A stretch of DNA of 64,000 bases from Candidatus Woesearchaeota archaeon (GTDB lineage Archaea; Nanobdellota; Nanobdellia; Woesearchaeales; JAWBMQ01). Where the stretch lies: the NCBI GenBank assembly GCA_038825875.1, contig JAWBOS010000003.1:1786-65785 (forward strand), read 5' to 3'. The notes under the pieces are model-generated. The model was given only the letters and a program-made list of their open reading frames with translations. It was not told the DNA's origin and did no database searches. A program made the position numbers and the translations under genes. Positions 1 to 8,157 of the stretch are shown here, in pieces (position 1 is the stretch's first letter; every line of letters starts with the position of its first letter).

Positions 1-736
1 CATATTCTCCTCCAAGAGAGAATACATAATCTGCTCTCCTTAACATTTCTTTGGTTTCTGCTGTGATATTTGCCATATAGACCTTTTTTTCACCTGTTTC
101 CTTTTCTGCTTTGTCTCTTAAATTTAAAGTTTTTTCAATTCTTTCTTCAAATCTATTAAATGATTGACTGGTTAGATTTTCGTCATCCTTTACAATGTCC
201 AAGCCTCCAACCCATGCAGCATAGGCGATCTTTGCGTGTTTTGCTGAACTTAAACCTACTTTGGGTTTTACAATAGTTCCTAACAGTGGTCTCTCATAAA
301 CTTTTAACAATTGTCTTATTCCCTTTATTCCAAAAGCAGGACCTGAATAAAGTTTTAGAATCTTTTGTGGGAATAGAATGTCAATTAACCTTAAATTTTT
401 TACTGCTTTCATACCAAATATGTTTCCTGCTAATGCAGAAAGAATTTGAGGAACAGAAGTGCCTTCAAAAAGTTCAGAGGGATATGCTATTTTTATTGTA
501 GATTTTTCCTTATTGATTTCAAATACTGAGGGTTTGAGATTTTCAAATATTTGAGGTTCTAATGACCAAAAGGATGTCCATGTGTCAATGGAGCTTTCAC
601 CAGCAACCTTATCTGCAACTTCCTCTAAGGAATAGTTTTTATTTGGTTCTAAATAGTAGTATGCAACAACATCATTCTTTGTAGGAGCATAGGTTAAATC
701 TATATACTTTAAAGACTTTAGATTTTGATTTTTCAT
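1..736 (-). CDS. rbcL: RuBisCO large subunit, form III (archaeal type). N-terminal part only; the gene continues past the window start.
   Basis: Reverse-strand translation from the ATG at 736 reads MKNQNLKSLKYIDLTYAPTKNDVVAYYYLEP...GTIVKPKVGLS...GGLDIVKDDENLTSQSF. These are the canonical RuBisCO large-subunit motifs (GxxxKPKxGLS and the GGLDxxKDDENxxSQxF loop). AGGTGA sits 5 nt upstream of the ATG. The ORF track missed it because it is truncated at the window edge. Confidence 0.85.
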   Translation of the reverse strand, partial: MKNQNLKSLKYIDLTYAPTKNDVVAYYYLEPNKNYSLEEVADKVAGESSIDTWTSFWSLEPQIFENLKPSVFEINKEKSTIKIAYPSELFEGTSVPQILSALAGNIFGMKAVKNLRLIDILFPQKILKLYSGPAFGIKGIRQLLKVYERPLLGTIVKPKVGLSSAKHAKIAYAAWVGGLDIVKDDENLTSQSFNRFEERIEKTLNLRDKAEKETGEKKVYMANITAETKEMLRRADYVFSLGGEY

Positions 737-808
737 AAATTCACCTAATAAACATCATTTAAAAAACGAGTCAATACTTAAAAAATTTTTTTTACCACTA
801 ATCAAAAG

Positions 809-1615
809 TTATAATATTGTAGAGTTTAATCTGAGATAACTTATAAAGAAACAAATCATAAAGCACATACTTGATAAGTAAAAGAGAAAAGAATGGAAAA
901 ATAATAGGTAATGAACAAAAAGATAAAATCCAGAAAAGGTAAATGATCTTAACAGAGAATTTAAACTTATCTCTACCTTTTCTTTAGAAAATTTATTTAG
1001 CACTTTTAGCATTAAAAAAAGTACAAAACTGGCAAAAAGAAAGTAGATAAAAGTATAAAAAACAATTAAAAGATAATTGAATAAAAACTCCAAAAGAGCA
1101 AATACAAGAAAGAAAATGAAAGTTGTTGTATTAATTAAAAGTTTTATGTCCATTTCCTTTTGATAAATAAAACTGAATATATTTTTTGGATAGAGGAGTA
1201 TGGAATAATATTGGAAATTAGGATTTATAAACTGCTTAGTATCGTACTTTAAAAGAGTATCCTCTAATAAATTAGAAAAGAGCGTGACAGATTTTTCATA
1301 GTAACTTACATAATTAGAGAAGTTTAAAAGATAATGTTGAATAAGTGGAAAAAAGAGAAAAGCTAACATCAAAAGCATAGAGTTCTTTAATGACAAATCA
1401 ACTAGAGGATGATCAAACGGATTTAAGAGAAGAAGGATTAGGTAATTCTTTTTCTTAGTGAATTTCTTTGAGAAAGCTTTTGATTGCGATTTTTCTAAGA
1501 TGAATTGTTTGGTTTCCCTTTTTTTAATAGAGCCTTTACCAGATGAGGATTTTATTATTTGAATCTCATCTTCTTTTTCAAAATCTTCAGATTGAGAGCT
1601 TTTTTCTGGATTCAT
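809..1615 (-). CDS. Hypothetical polytopic membrane protein with a charged N-terminal region and several hydrophobic helices.
   Basis: 268-aa ORF. The K/E/S-rich N-terminus is followed by long F/L/I-rich stretches that look like TM helices. No recognisable motif. Confidence 0.4.
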   Translation of the reverse strand: MNPEKSSQSEDFEKEDEIQIIKSSSGKGSIKKRETKQFILEKSQSKAFSKKFTKKKNYLILLLLNPFDHPLVDLSLKNSMLLMLAFLFFPLIQHYLLNFSNYVSYYEKSVTLFSNLLEDTLLKYDTKQFINPNFQYYSILLYPKNIFSFIYQKEMDIKLLINTTTFIFFLVFALLEFLFNYLLIVFYTFIYFLFASFVLFLMLKVLNKFSKEKVEISLNSLLRSFTFSGFYLFVHYLLFFHSFLFYLSSMCFMICFFISYLRLNSTIL

Positions 1616-1713
1616 TGTTTATTAGTTTTGGATTTTCTCATTTATATTTTTTGTTTTGAAACTATCGCTTGGAAAATTTCAGTATATATAAATATATACT
1701 GATATATTAATAA

Positions 1714-2175
1714 ATGAAAAAACGATACTTTTATATATTAGTTTATGCTAGTAGTTTATTAATGGTAATGTTATTTGACATTTACAATCTGCCAGAAGAT
1801 ATTTATGAAATTGTTTTTTCAACAAAAGCTCAAACAGTGGTTGCAAAAATTTTAGTTGATATGATGAAATCCGAAAATGGAGAAATAACCAAATCAGAAA
1901 TGTCTCTGTTTGCTAATAGATTGCATGAGGGAACCCTTATTGAGCCTGTTCAGAGTACAGTAAAACTTCCTCAGAAAGAAGTGAGCATATCTTACAATAA
2001 GAGACAGTTTTATGATAGAATATTAACACCTATGAAATCGATGGGAATGATTGATTATGATATGTATAAGAAAACATACAAATTATCAGATAAGTTCAAC
2101 AAGGCAATGATTAAGATTGGTTTATTATGGCTTCAGGAATTGAAAAACCCTCCGGGACTGAGATTCAAGAAATAA
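1714..2175 (+). CDS. Hypothetical protein
   Basis: 153-aa ORF with host-like AT-rich codon usage and a hydrophobic N-terminus. No motif recognised. Confidence 0.4.
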   Translation: MKKRYFYILVYASSLLMVMLFDIYNLPEDIYEIVFSTKAQTVVAKILVDMMKSENGEITKSEMSLFANRLHEGTLIEPVQSTVKLPQKEVSISYNKRQFYDRILTPMKSMGMIDYDMYKKTYKLSDKFNKAMIKIGLLWLQELKNPPGLRFKK

Positions 2176-2215
2176 TGCTCTTTCTAGAAAAACCCCCTCA
2201 AAAATTCCCAACCCC

Positions 2216-2238
2216 GAGGGCGTCTTAAAGACGCCCTC
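2216..2238 (+). terminator. GC-rich perfect hairpin (10-bp stem, 3-nt loop) followed by a T-rich run. Intrinsic-terminator-like element downstream of ORF 1714..2175.
   Basis: GAGGGCGTCT-TAA-AGACGCCCTC is a perfect inverted repeat, preceded by a C-rich run (aaaaaccccctc...ccaacccc) and followed by cttttctttctcttagctttttt. It is very GC-rich compared with the surrounding ~25% GC DNA. Confidence 0.5.
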
Positions 2239-2351
2239 CTTTTCTTTCTCTTAGCTTTTTTGTAATATTTTCAAAAAATTGATATAATAAAAGAGATTTT
2301 TTCAATTTTCTTCTCAAAATATTATTAAAGTATTTTAGGGTTCATTTTTCT

Positions 2352-4058
2352 ATGAAAAAAGGATCTTTGAAAGGATTTGCTTTTTTGTTTATCTTTCCTT
2401 TAATAGTTTTTTATCCTAATCCTTTTGATGAATCGAATGAGGGATTTTTTGTTTTAGCTCCAGAAAATATGAATCTTAGTGTAACTGTTGTTGATTTGAG
2501 AAATAATAACACAAAAAATTTATCAATCAGATCAGAGGATTTATATTCTACAAATATTGGAATCTTGAGATCTTTGAGTTTTTACGCAGGTTCACTAGTA
2601 AATACAAAAGCAAATTATTCTATAATTCTTTTCTATAATGATTCGAACTATGAATCTTTTATTTCTTATAGTTCGGCAAAAGAAGGTTGTGTTTATCTGT
2701 TTTCAAGTAACAAGTTAAATAGGCAAGAGATTTGTTTTGATAATGATTCTTCAGATCATATCATAAGTACAGTCTTAGAAAGTATTTTTGAGGAATTAAC
2801 CTTACAAATCAATCCTCAAACAGGTTCTGACTACAATATTAATGAGCAAGAGTTTGTTCTAGATGATGTTGAAGAAACTTTTAAAACAAACCCTTCTTTT
2901 GATGTAGAAATTGATGAGGCCTTTTATGAAGATGAATACATAGTATACACAATTGTGAATAAGAATTGTTCACAATCTTTTAAAAAAGAGGTTTTAGGTT
3001 TTGATATTTTTGGGAAGTCTGTGTATAGAAGTTTTTCAGATAGTAAAATTGCTACAAGACGAACATTTAGAATTAGCTTAAAACCAGGCGATTATAGTTT
3101 AATAATTTCCTGTGGTGATGAAAAGATTATAAGAAATTTTAGTGTTATTCCTCAAGGAGATTTATGTGAGAGTATATTTAATGGAATGGTTATTTTGAAT
3201 AATAGCCTTTCATTTCCATTTAAAGCAAATTGTAAATTTAAAATAGTCTGTGTTTATCCTTCTTATTATGAAAAGGATTTAGATATCTCTAAGACTGCTG
3301 TTGTTAAGCAGAGTTCTATTGCGTGCGATGTAATGAAGATTATTTTTAAAGAAAATGTTAGATATTTTTTATCTCAAGAGTTTCTTAGGGAATTAGAGGA
3401 GTTTAGAGAAAACGGCGATTTTTTTAGTACTGCTAGAATAGACATTTTTCTATGGCAAAAATGGGTATTTGGAAATAAAAGCGATACAAAGATCATCAAA
3501 TTTTTGAGTATTTACCCAAGAACATTTGGATATGAATTAGAATTTTTCAATAAGACTAAATTTTCAAATGATTCCTTAGAAATTATTTTTGATGATAAAT
3601 TTCTAATTAATGTATCTAATCAGACATACTTAAACAGAACTGAAAGGTTATTATTTTCTGCAGGAGCCTATGTTTTGAAGAGTCAAAAGAATTCCAAGGA
3701 AAAACCATTTTTACTGTTTGATTATAACTTTTCAGTTGAAGGAATTCAAATTTTTTCCATAAAAATTAACTGTATTTCAACAAACGAGTGTTTAAAAGAA
3801 GACTTTGTTTTTATTAGTGCTGCTACAACAAATATTACTCAGTTAAACAAAAGCTTAAACTTGCAGGAAAATATTTTGGAAATTCGTAACAATAGTGTAG
3901 AAAATGTTTATTATCCAAAAGAGGTAGAAACAATTCTAGAGGACAGTTCTATGAATTCTGAAATAGTTGAAAAAAATAAAAGTAAATCCAGATTTTGGCA
4001 AAGAATAAGTGAATTTTTCAGGAGAGTTCAAGGGTTATTTATAAAGAATCCAAAATAG
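2352..4058 (+). CDS. Secreted or surface protein with an N-terminal signal/anchor and many N-glycosylation sequons.
   Basis: 568 aa. The N-terminus MKKGSLKGFAFLFIFPLIVFYP is hydrophobic. More than 20 N-x-S/T sequons are present (NLS, NNT, NYS, NDS, NKS, NQT, NRT, NIT, NNS...). No catalytic motif recognised. Confidence 0.55.
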   Translation: MKKGSLKGFAFLFIFPLIVFYPNPFDESNEGFFVLAPENMNLSVTVVDLRNNNTKNLSIRSEDLYSTNIGILRSLSFYAGSLVNTKANYSIILFYNDSNYESFISYSSAKEGCVYLFSSNKLNRQEICFDNDSSDHIISTVLESIFEELTLQINPQTGSDYNINEQEFVLDDVEETFKTNPSFDVEIDEAFYEDEYIVYTIVNKNCSQSFKKEVLGFDIFGKSVYRSFSDSKIATRRTFRISLKPGDYSLIISCGDEKIIRNFSVIPQGDLCESIFNGMVILNNSLSFPFKANCKFKIVCVYPSYYEKDLDISKTAVVKQSSIACDVMKIIFKENVRYFLSQEFLRELEEFRENGDFFSTARIDIFLWQKWVFGNKSDTKIIKFLSIYPRTFGYELEFFNKTKFSNDSLEIIFDDKFLINVSNQTYLNRTERLLFSAGAYVLKSQKNSKEKPFLLFDYNFSVEGIQIFSIKINCISTNECLKEDFVFISAATTNITQLNKSLNLQENILEIRNNSVENVYYPKEVETILEDSSMNSEIVEKNKSKSRFWQRISEFFRRVQGLFIKNPK

Positions 4059-4067
4059 AATTAAGCT

Positions 4068-4622
4068 TTAAGCTTCTTTTCTCGAGAACAAAATCTTTTG
4101 ATTATATCCATATAAACCAATGGATTTCATCTGTTCGTATTGATCTTTGGTTAATGCCAAGTATAGAATATTATATTTGAATTTGTTATACGTTTCTTGG
4201 GCTATGTTCTTTATATATGTTAGATCTATATTTTCTCCTAGCAAGATGAGACTTGCAGAATTTTCCTTTTCCTGACCTTGAAGAATTACTTCTTCCACGT
4301 TAGGATTGTTCTTTACTTGATTCAAGAAAAATTCCAACCCTGAAGGAAGTAGTTTTATTATACTTCTTAGAAATTCTGAAGTTTTGTTTTCAGCAAGTGA
4401 GTAAAGTTTTAGTTTGTTTATTTCTTCTACTTTTACGATTTCCAGGCTCTCTAATTTTTTAAGGATCCTGTGAGTAGAGGAAATGGGTACTTTGCTTTCA
4501 GAGGATATCTCACTCATTCTCATTTTTAGGTTGGTGTTTTTTATAAGGATTTTTAGAATATTGACTATTTTTGGATCTATAAGCTTAATAAGTACTTCTT
4601 CAGGACTGGGAGGACTGGCCAT
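4068..4622 (-). CDS. Winged helix-turn-helix transcriptional regulator
   Basis: 184 aa. The N-terminal segment MSEISSESKVPISSTHRILKKLESLEIVKVEEI has the pattern of an ArsR/TrmB-like HTH recognition helix. The gene is divergent from ftsZ and has a repeat array in the shared intergenic region. Confidence 0.55.
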   Translation of the reverse strand: MASPPSPEEVLIKLIDPKIVNILKILIKNTNLKMRMSEISSESKVPISSTHRILKKLESLEIVKVEEINKLKLYSLAENKTSEFLRSIIKLLPSGLEFFLNQVKNNPNVEEVILQGQEKENSASLILLGENIDLTYIKNIAQETYNKFKYNILYLALTKDQYEQMKSIGLYGYNQKILFSRKEA

Positions 4623-4660
4623 AATATGCTAAAGATATCTTTATTTATAAATATTGTGTA

Positions 4661-4783
4661 TTTTTCATTTTTGAAAATTGTTTTTCATTTTTGGAAAATA
4701 TTTTCATTTTTGAAATTTTCAAAAAAATTATTTTTCATTTTTGAAAGGAATTTTTTAGTATACTATTCATTTTTCAAAAATTT
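4661..4783. promoter_or_regulatory. Array of 4-5 direct repeats of TTTTTCATTTTTGAAA at ~20-bp spacing, with an embedded palindrome TTTTGAAATTTTCAAAA. Candidate operator sites in the regulator/ftsZ divergent intergenic region.
   Basis: Read directly from the sequence. Units start at 4661, 4681, 4701 and 4731, with an inverted variant TCATTTTTCAAAAA at 4767. The 20-bp period equals two helical turns. The array lies immediately upstream of the minus-strand regulator start (4622) and ~250-350 bp upstream of ftsZ. Confidence 0.6.
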
Positions 4784-5020
4784 CTATTTAAAACTTTAAA
4801 ATTTTTAGTTTTTATGGCTTAAAAATGCAAAATATTTTTTTAGTTTTTAAAATAAAAAAATTTATAAATTGATGTTATATATTAGTTATTTCTGTTTGTG
4901 TTTAATTATAAATAGAAACCTTTATATATTACTTTTTTCTAATACGGAATAACCCTCATTCTGTTATTTGTTGAGGGTACTTATGATTAATATAAAGAAT
5001 AAAAAAATGAGGTGAAAAGA

Positions 5021-6091
5021 ATGAATTTCCTAGTGCAAAATGCAATAAAAACCCAAGAAGCTATGCAAGAGCAAGGTTTGGATGAATTTGATGCCTATAA
5101 GGCAACTATAAAGGTTATAGGATGTGGTGGGGCTGGTAATAATATGGTAAATTGGCTCTACCAAAAAGGAGTATATGGAGCTCAAGTGATTGCTGTCAAT
5201 ACTGATGCTCAACATTTGAAAATTACTGAGGCACATACAAAAATTCTGATTGGTAGGGAATTAACACGCGGTTTGGGATGCGGAGGTTTTCCTGAAAAGG
5301 GTGAAGAAGCAGCTAAGGAAAGTATGAACGAAATTAGAAAAGCATTAGAGGGAGCAGACATGGTATTTGTATGTGCTGGTATGGGAGGAGGAACTGGAAC
5401 AGGTAGTGCTCCTGTTGTGGCAAGAATTGCAAGAGATTTGGGAGCAATTGTTATTGGTACAGTTACAATGCCATTTGATGTGGAGAGAGCAAGAATAGAT
5501 AAGGCAGAAATTGGTTTAAGAAAATTAAGAGAGCACTGCGACACTGTCATAGTAATAGATAATAATAGACTTGTTAAGGTTGCAGGTAATTTGCCAGTAA
5601 AGCAGGCATTTGCCGTAGCAAATGAGATAATAGCTACTATGATTAGAGGTATTGTGGAAACTATAGCAAAGCCCAGTTTGGTTAATCTAGATTTCGCAGA
5701 TGTAAAGGCAATTATGAGTAATGGTGGAGTTGCAGCAATTGGAATAGGAATGTCTAATACCAAAAACAGAGTTGAGGAAGCAGTTCAAGCAGCACTAAGC
5801 AATCCTCTATTGGATATAAATTATGAGGGAGCTACAGGTGCATTAGTTCACGTCGCAGGTGGTCCAGACATGACACTAGAAGAGGTTAATCGTGCAGTTT
5901 CTTTAGTTACTGCCTCCATGAGTCCTGATGCAAATGTGATCTTTGGAGCAAGAATTGATGATGAATTAAAGGGACAACTTATGATTATGACAATAATTAC
6001 AGGAGTCAAGTCTCCTTGGATCCTTGGAAAACCAACGAAAGAGGAAACTAAGGCTGCTTTTAGAGAGGAATTGGGAATTGAGTTGCTGTAA
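5021..6091 (+). CDS. ftsZ: Cell division GTPase FtsZ
   Basis: The tubulin/FtsZ signature GGGTGTG is present (VCAGMGGGTGTGSAPVVA), as are the N-terminal GCGGAGNN GTP-binding loop and NxDxxxL motifs. The ORF track begins at a GTG at 5012. The ATG at 5021, with GAGGTGA 5 nt upstream, is the more plausible start. Confidence 0.92.
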   Translation: MNFLVQNAIKTQEAMQEQGLDEFDAYKATIKVIGCGGAGNNMVNWLYQKGVYGAQVIAVNTDAQHLKITEAHTKILIGRELTRGLGCGGFPEKGEEAAKESMNEIRKALEGADMVFVCAGMGGGTGTGSAPVVARIARDLGAIVIGTVTMPFDVERARIDKAEIGLRKLREHCDTVIVIDNNRLVKVAGNLPVKQAFAVANEIIATMIRGIVETIAKPSLVNLDFADVKAIMSNGGVAAIGIGMSNTKNRVEEAVQAALSNPLLDINYEGATGALVHVAGGPDMTLEEVNRAVSLVTASMSPDANVIFGARIDDELKGQLMIMTIITGVKSPWILGKPTKEETKAAFREELGIELL

Positions 6092-6179
6092 AATTAACTT
6101 TTTTTTAATTTCTTGTTTTTTTATTGTCATATTCTTTTTCTAGTGTTTTGTTCAGAATTTTTTTCTTAAACTAACTTTT

Positions 6180-6349
6180 GTCATTAAAAAAAAGACGAAG
6201 TGAATTTTGAATAAGAAAGTCAAGCCAAGCAAAAAGAAAAGCTAAGCAAATCTTAACATAAGTCAAATAGAAAAGTAGAAGAAAAAAGTTAAGGTAAAAG
6301 CCAAGCGAAAAGAACTCACAAAAAAACCTAGGAAAAAAGCTAACTAGAT
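6180..6349. repeat. Purine-rich tract (plus strand) with degenerate AAGC(C/T)AAGC repeats, lying between ftsZ and the foreign-composition ORFs.
   Basis: The plus strand is almost entirely A/G (gtcaagccaagcaaaaagaaaagctaagcaaatc ... aaaagccaagcgaaaagaac ... aaaaaagctaactag). The complementary T-rich strand would serve as a transcription stop for the minus-strand island genes. Confidence 0.4.
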
Positions 6350-7273
6350 TTACTTAGCATATCTGATCTCTCGATCAAGCCAACATGCATCCTCTCGATG
6401 ATAATCTATCAATCCATGCTCATCTAAATCTTTCATGAACTTGTCGTAAAACTCGGGCTTCCATATAGCTTCCTTCCATGCCCTGTCTAACCCTTCATAC
6501 CCCAATAACATCTGCGGTGTCTCTAACAAATCTGGCCTCCTACGATAGATGTTCTTTAACTTCTCTAGGTACTTCAAATAATACTCCTCTGCTGAAAACC
6601 AAAAACCTAACTCATGAAACACATTCATATCTAGCTTTAAGTTCTTATATTTCCTAACTCTCTCACTATACCCTGCTTGCGTGAATATCATGTTCATTGT
6701 CTTTATCATCTGCTCCAAAAATGCTGATTCCGCATCCGTATAATAACCTCTAACCTTGATCTCTGGATCCTGATTGTTCAACATCTTGTAAAATGGTGAA
6801 TCAAACTTGTCTAAATACTCCAATATCTTGTCCATCATATGATTGATAATTATATTCTGCGATGCTATGATATATTTCATCCCTCTTAATCTGTCCCTAT
6901 CATAGTACTTAGAAAAAATATAATCCCATAAGTAACCATTTATCGCATCATTTATACCTGGATATTTCTTCTCCAACTCCTGATAATAGTTATTTAATAC
7001 CTTGGGATCTAAACCTAGAGAACCAAAATTCCCCTTAACTATCTCCACTGCCTCCTTCTCTGTCTTGAAAAACTGCTGCCCTGACCACATATCATATGCC
7101 CTCAATCTCCATGGTGTAACAAAATTTAAACCATCCAATATTCCACTCAAATAACTCGCTGGATTTGTGTATATTATTGGATTATTCCTTTGATTTTTGT
7201 CAAAAACAATGTCATACCATCTCATACTATATATGTTTCCAGATGGTGCAAGTCGATTTAGATGATAAACCAA
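6350..7273 (-). CDS. Hypothetical aromatic-rich protein of foreign composition (downstream ORF of the island pair)
   Basis: 307 aa. It is W/Y/R/D-rich (WRLRAYDMWSGQQFF, GYLWDYIFSKYY, GFWFSAEEYYLKYL, WKEAIWKPEFY). Local GC is ~38% against ~28% for flanking genes, and codons are G/C-ending, unlike the rest of the window. No family recognised. Confidence 0.5.
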   Translation of the reverse strand: MVYHLNRLAPSGNIYSMRWYDIVFDKNQRNNPIIYTNPASYLSGILDGLNFVTPWRLRAYDMWSGQQFFKTEKEAVEIVKGNFGSLGLDPKVLNNYYQELEKKYPGINDAINGYLWDYIFSKYYDRDRLRGMKYIIASQNIIINHMMDKILEYLDKFDSPFYKMLNNQDPEIKVRGYYTDAESAFLEQMIKTMNMIFTQAGYSERVRKYKNLKLDMNVFHELGFWFSAEEYYLKYLEKLKNIYRRRPDLLETPQMLLGYEGLDRAWKEAIWKPEFYDKFMKDLDEHGLIDYHREDACWLDREIRYAK

Positions 7274-7287
7274 TTCAGGATTTATAA

Positions 7288-8157
7288 TTATTGAATATTT
7301 AGAAATCTCTCGAATCCTTGAAAACAGTGAACCTGAATATGGTCTGCAAACATAGTATTTCCTAATACTCTTAAAAATGGATGCTTGTAGGATGTAAGTA
7401 AATAATAATACACTACATTATCATTAACCCTTGTTAATAATTTCACACTATTGTATATCTGTTGAATCAAATCATCTCTATCCTTTAACACCAATCTACC
7501 ATTTCTCTCTATCCTCGGCCTGTATTGAAGACTCTTATCATCTAACCAATCCTCAAATACTATTGAATTTATTACCTCTACCCTAAAATTCTTCCTCAAT
7601 CTTGCTATTAAATCTTCCCTATCTATCCTCTCTGGCTGCCTATCTACCTCTTGTATGTATATCATCGGATCCAACTCCATCACTACATATAACCCTGCTG
7701 TCTCAAAATATGGCTTCTTACTCGGTATCTCTACTGCCTTGTACTTAGCTCCTTCATCTACATAACCTCCTGCCAACCTCTGCGATTTACCTAGAAAATG
7801 TAAATGATATGGAAATGTATGAGCTCCATCACATCTATCCCACCACCCTGGCTTTTGAGGAACTTCTCCCTTCCACACACTAGCTGCAAAATATTCATCT
7901 GACAAAATTCTTTTATATCTTCTTATATCATCTTTTAAATATGAGTAATCTATTTGATTTGCTAACACTATACTCTCTAGGGTATTGGTATGTTGCTTTT
8001 CCTTAATCTCTACTCTTATCTCATTGCCTCTTTCTAATGGTCTATCTTTAATTCTATCTACTATTGCTTCTTGGGTTATGCCTAATAATGTAGGTAATAA
8101 CGACACTCCAACTACAAGATTCTTTAAGCCTTTCTCTAATCTTACCATTTTATCCAC
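7288..8157 (-). CDS. Hypothetical protein of foreign composition (upstream ORF of the island pair). May be the N-terminal part of a single frameshift-split gene with 6350..7273.
   Basis: 289 aa, containing WWDRCDGAHTFPYHLHFLG. It has the same atypical composition as the adjacent ORF. The two ORFs are co-directional and separated by 14 nt in different frames. Confidence 0.5.
   Translation of the reverse strand: MDKMVRLEKGLKNLVVGVSLLPTLLGITQEAIVDRIKDRPLERGNEIRVEIKEKQHTNTLESIVLANQIDYSYLKDDIRRYKRILSDEYFAASVWKGEVPQKPGWWDRCDGAHTFPYHLHFLGKSQRLAGGYVDEGAKYKAVEIPSKKPYFETAGLYVVMELDPMIYIQEVDRQPERIDREDLIARLRKNFRVEVINSIVFEDWLDDKSLQYRPRIERNGRLVLKDRDDLIQQIYNSVKLLTRVNDNVVYYYLLTSYKHPFLRVLGNTMFADHIQVHCFQGFERFLNIQ

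Noticed and set aside
286-501. A 71-aa plus-strand ORF at the window start
   Set aside because: It lies entirely inside the minus-strand RuBisCO coding region. It is an antisense shadow ORF with an implausible, low-complexity, hydrophobic sequence.
4661-4783. The possibility that the TTTTTCATTTTTGAAA repeats are a CRISPR array
   Set aside because: The units are only 16-17 bp, with 3-14-bp gaps rather than 30-40-bp unique spacers. There are no cas genes nearby, and the array sits in a divergent promoter region. This is more consistent with operator sites.
5209-5763. A 184-aa minus-strand ORF antisense to ftsZ, and similar antisense ORFs inside rpoB, rpoA, rps7, EF-2, rad50, the P-type ATPase, glyS, lysS and thrS
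   Set aside because: All are embedded in well-supported conserved genes on the opposite strand. Their products are A/T/S/P/L-rich low-complexity translations with no motifs. They are typical shadow ORFs in AT-biased DNA.
6350-8157. Assigning the island ORFs to glycoside hydrolase family 57 / CE4-like deacetylase, because of an HTFPYHLHF segment
   Set aside because: The resemblance to the GH57 HTHIPY region is only a few residues. No other family motifs were recognised by eye, so no family call is made.
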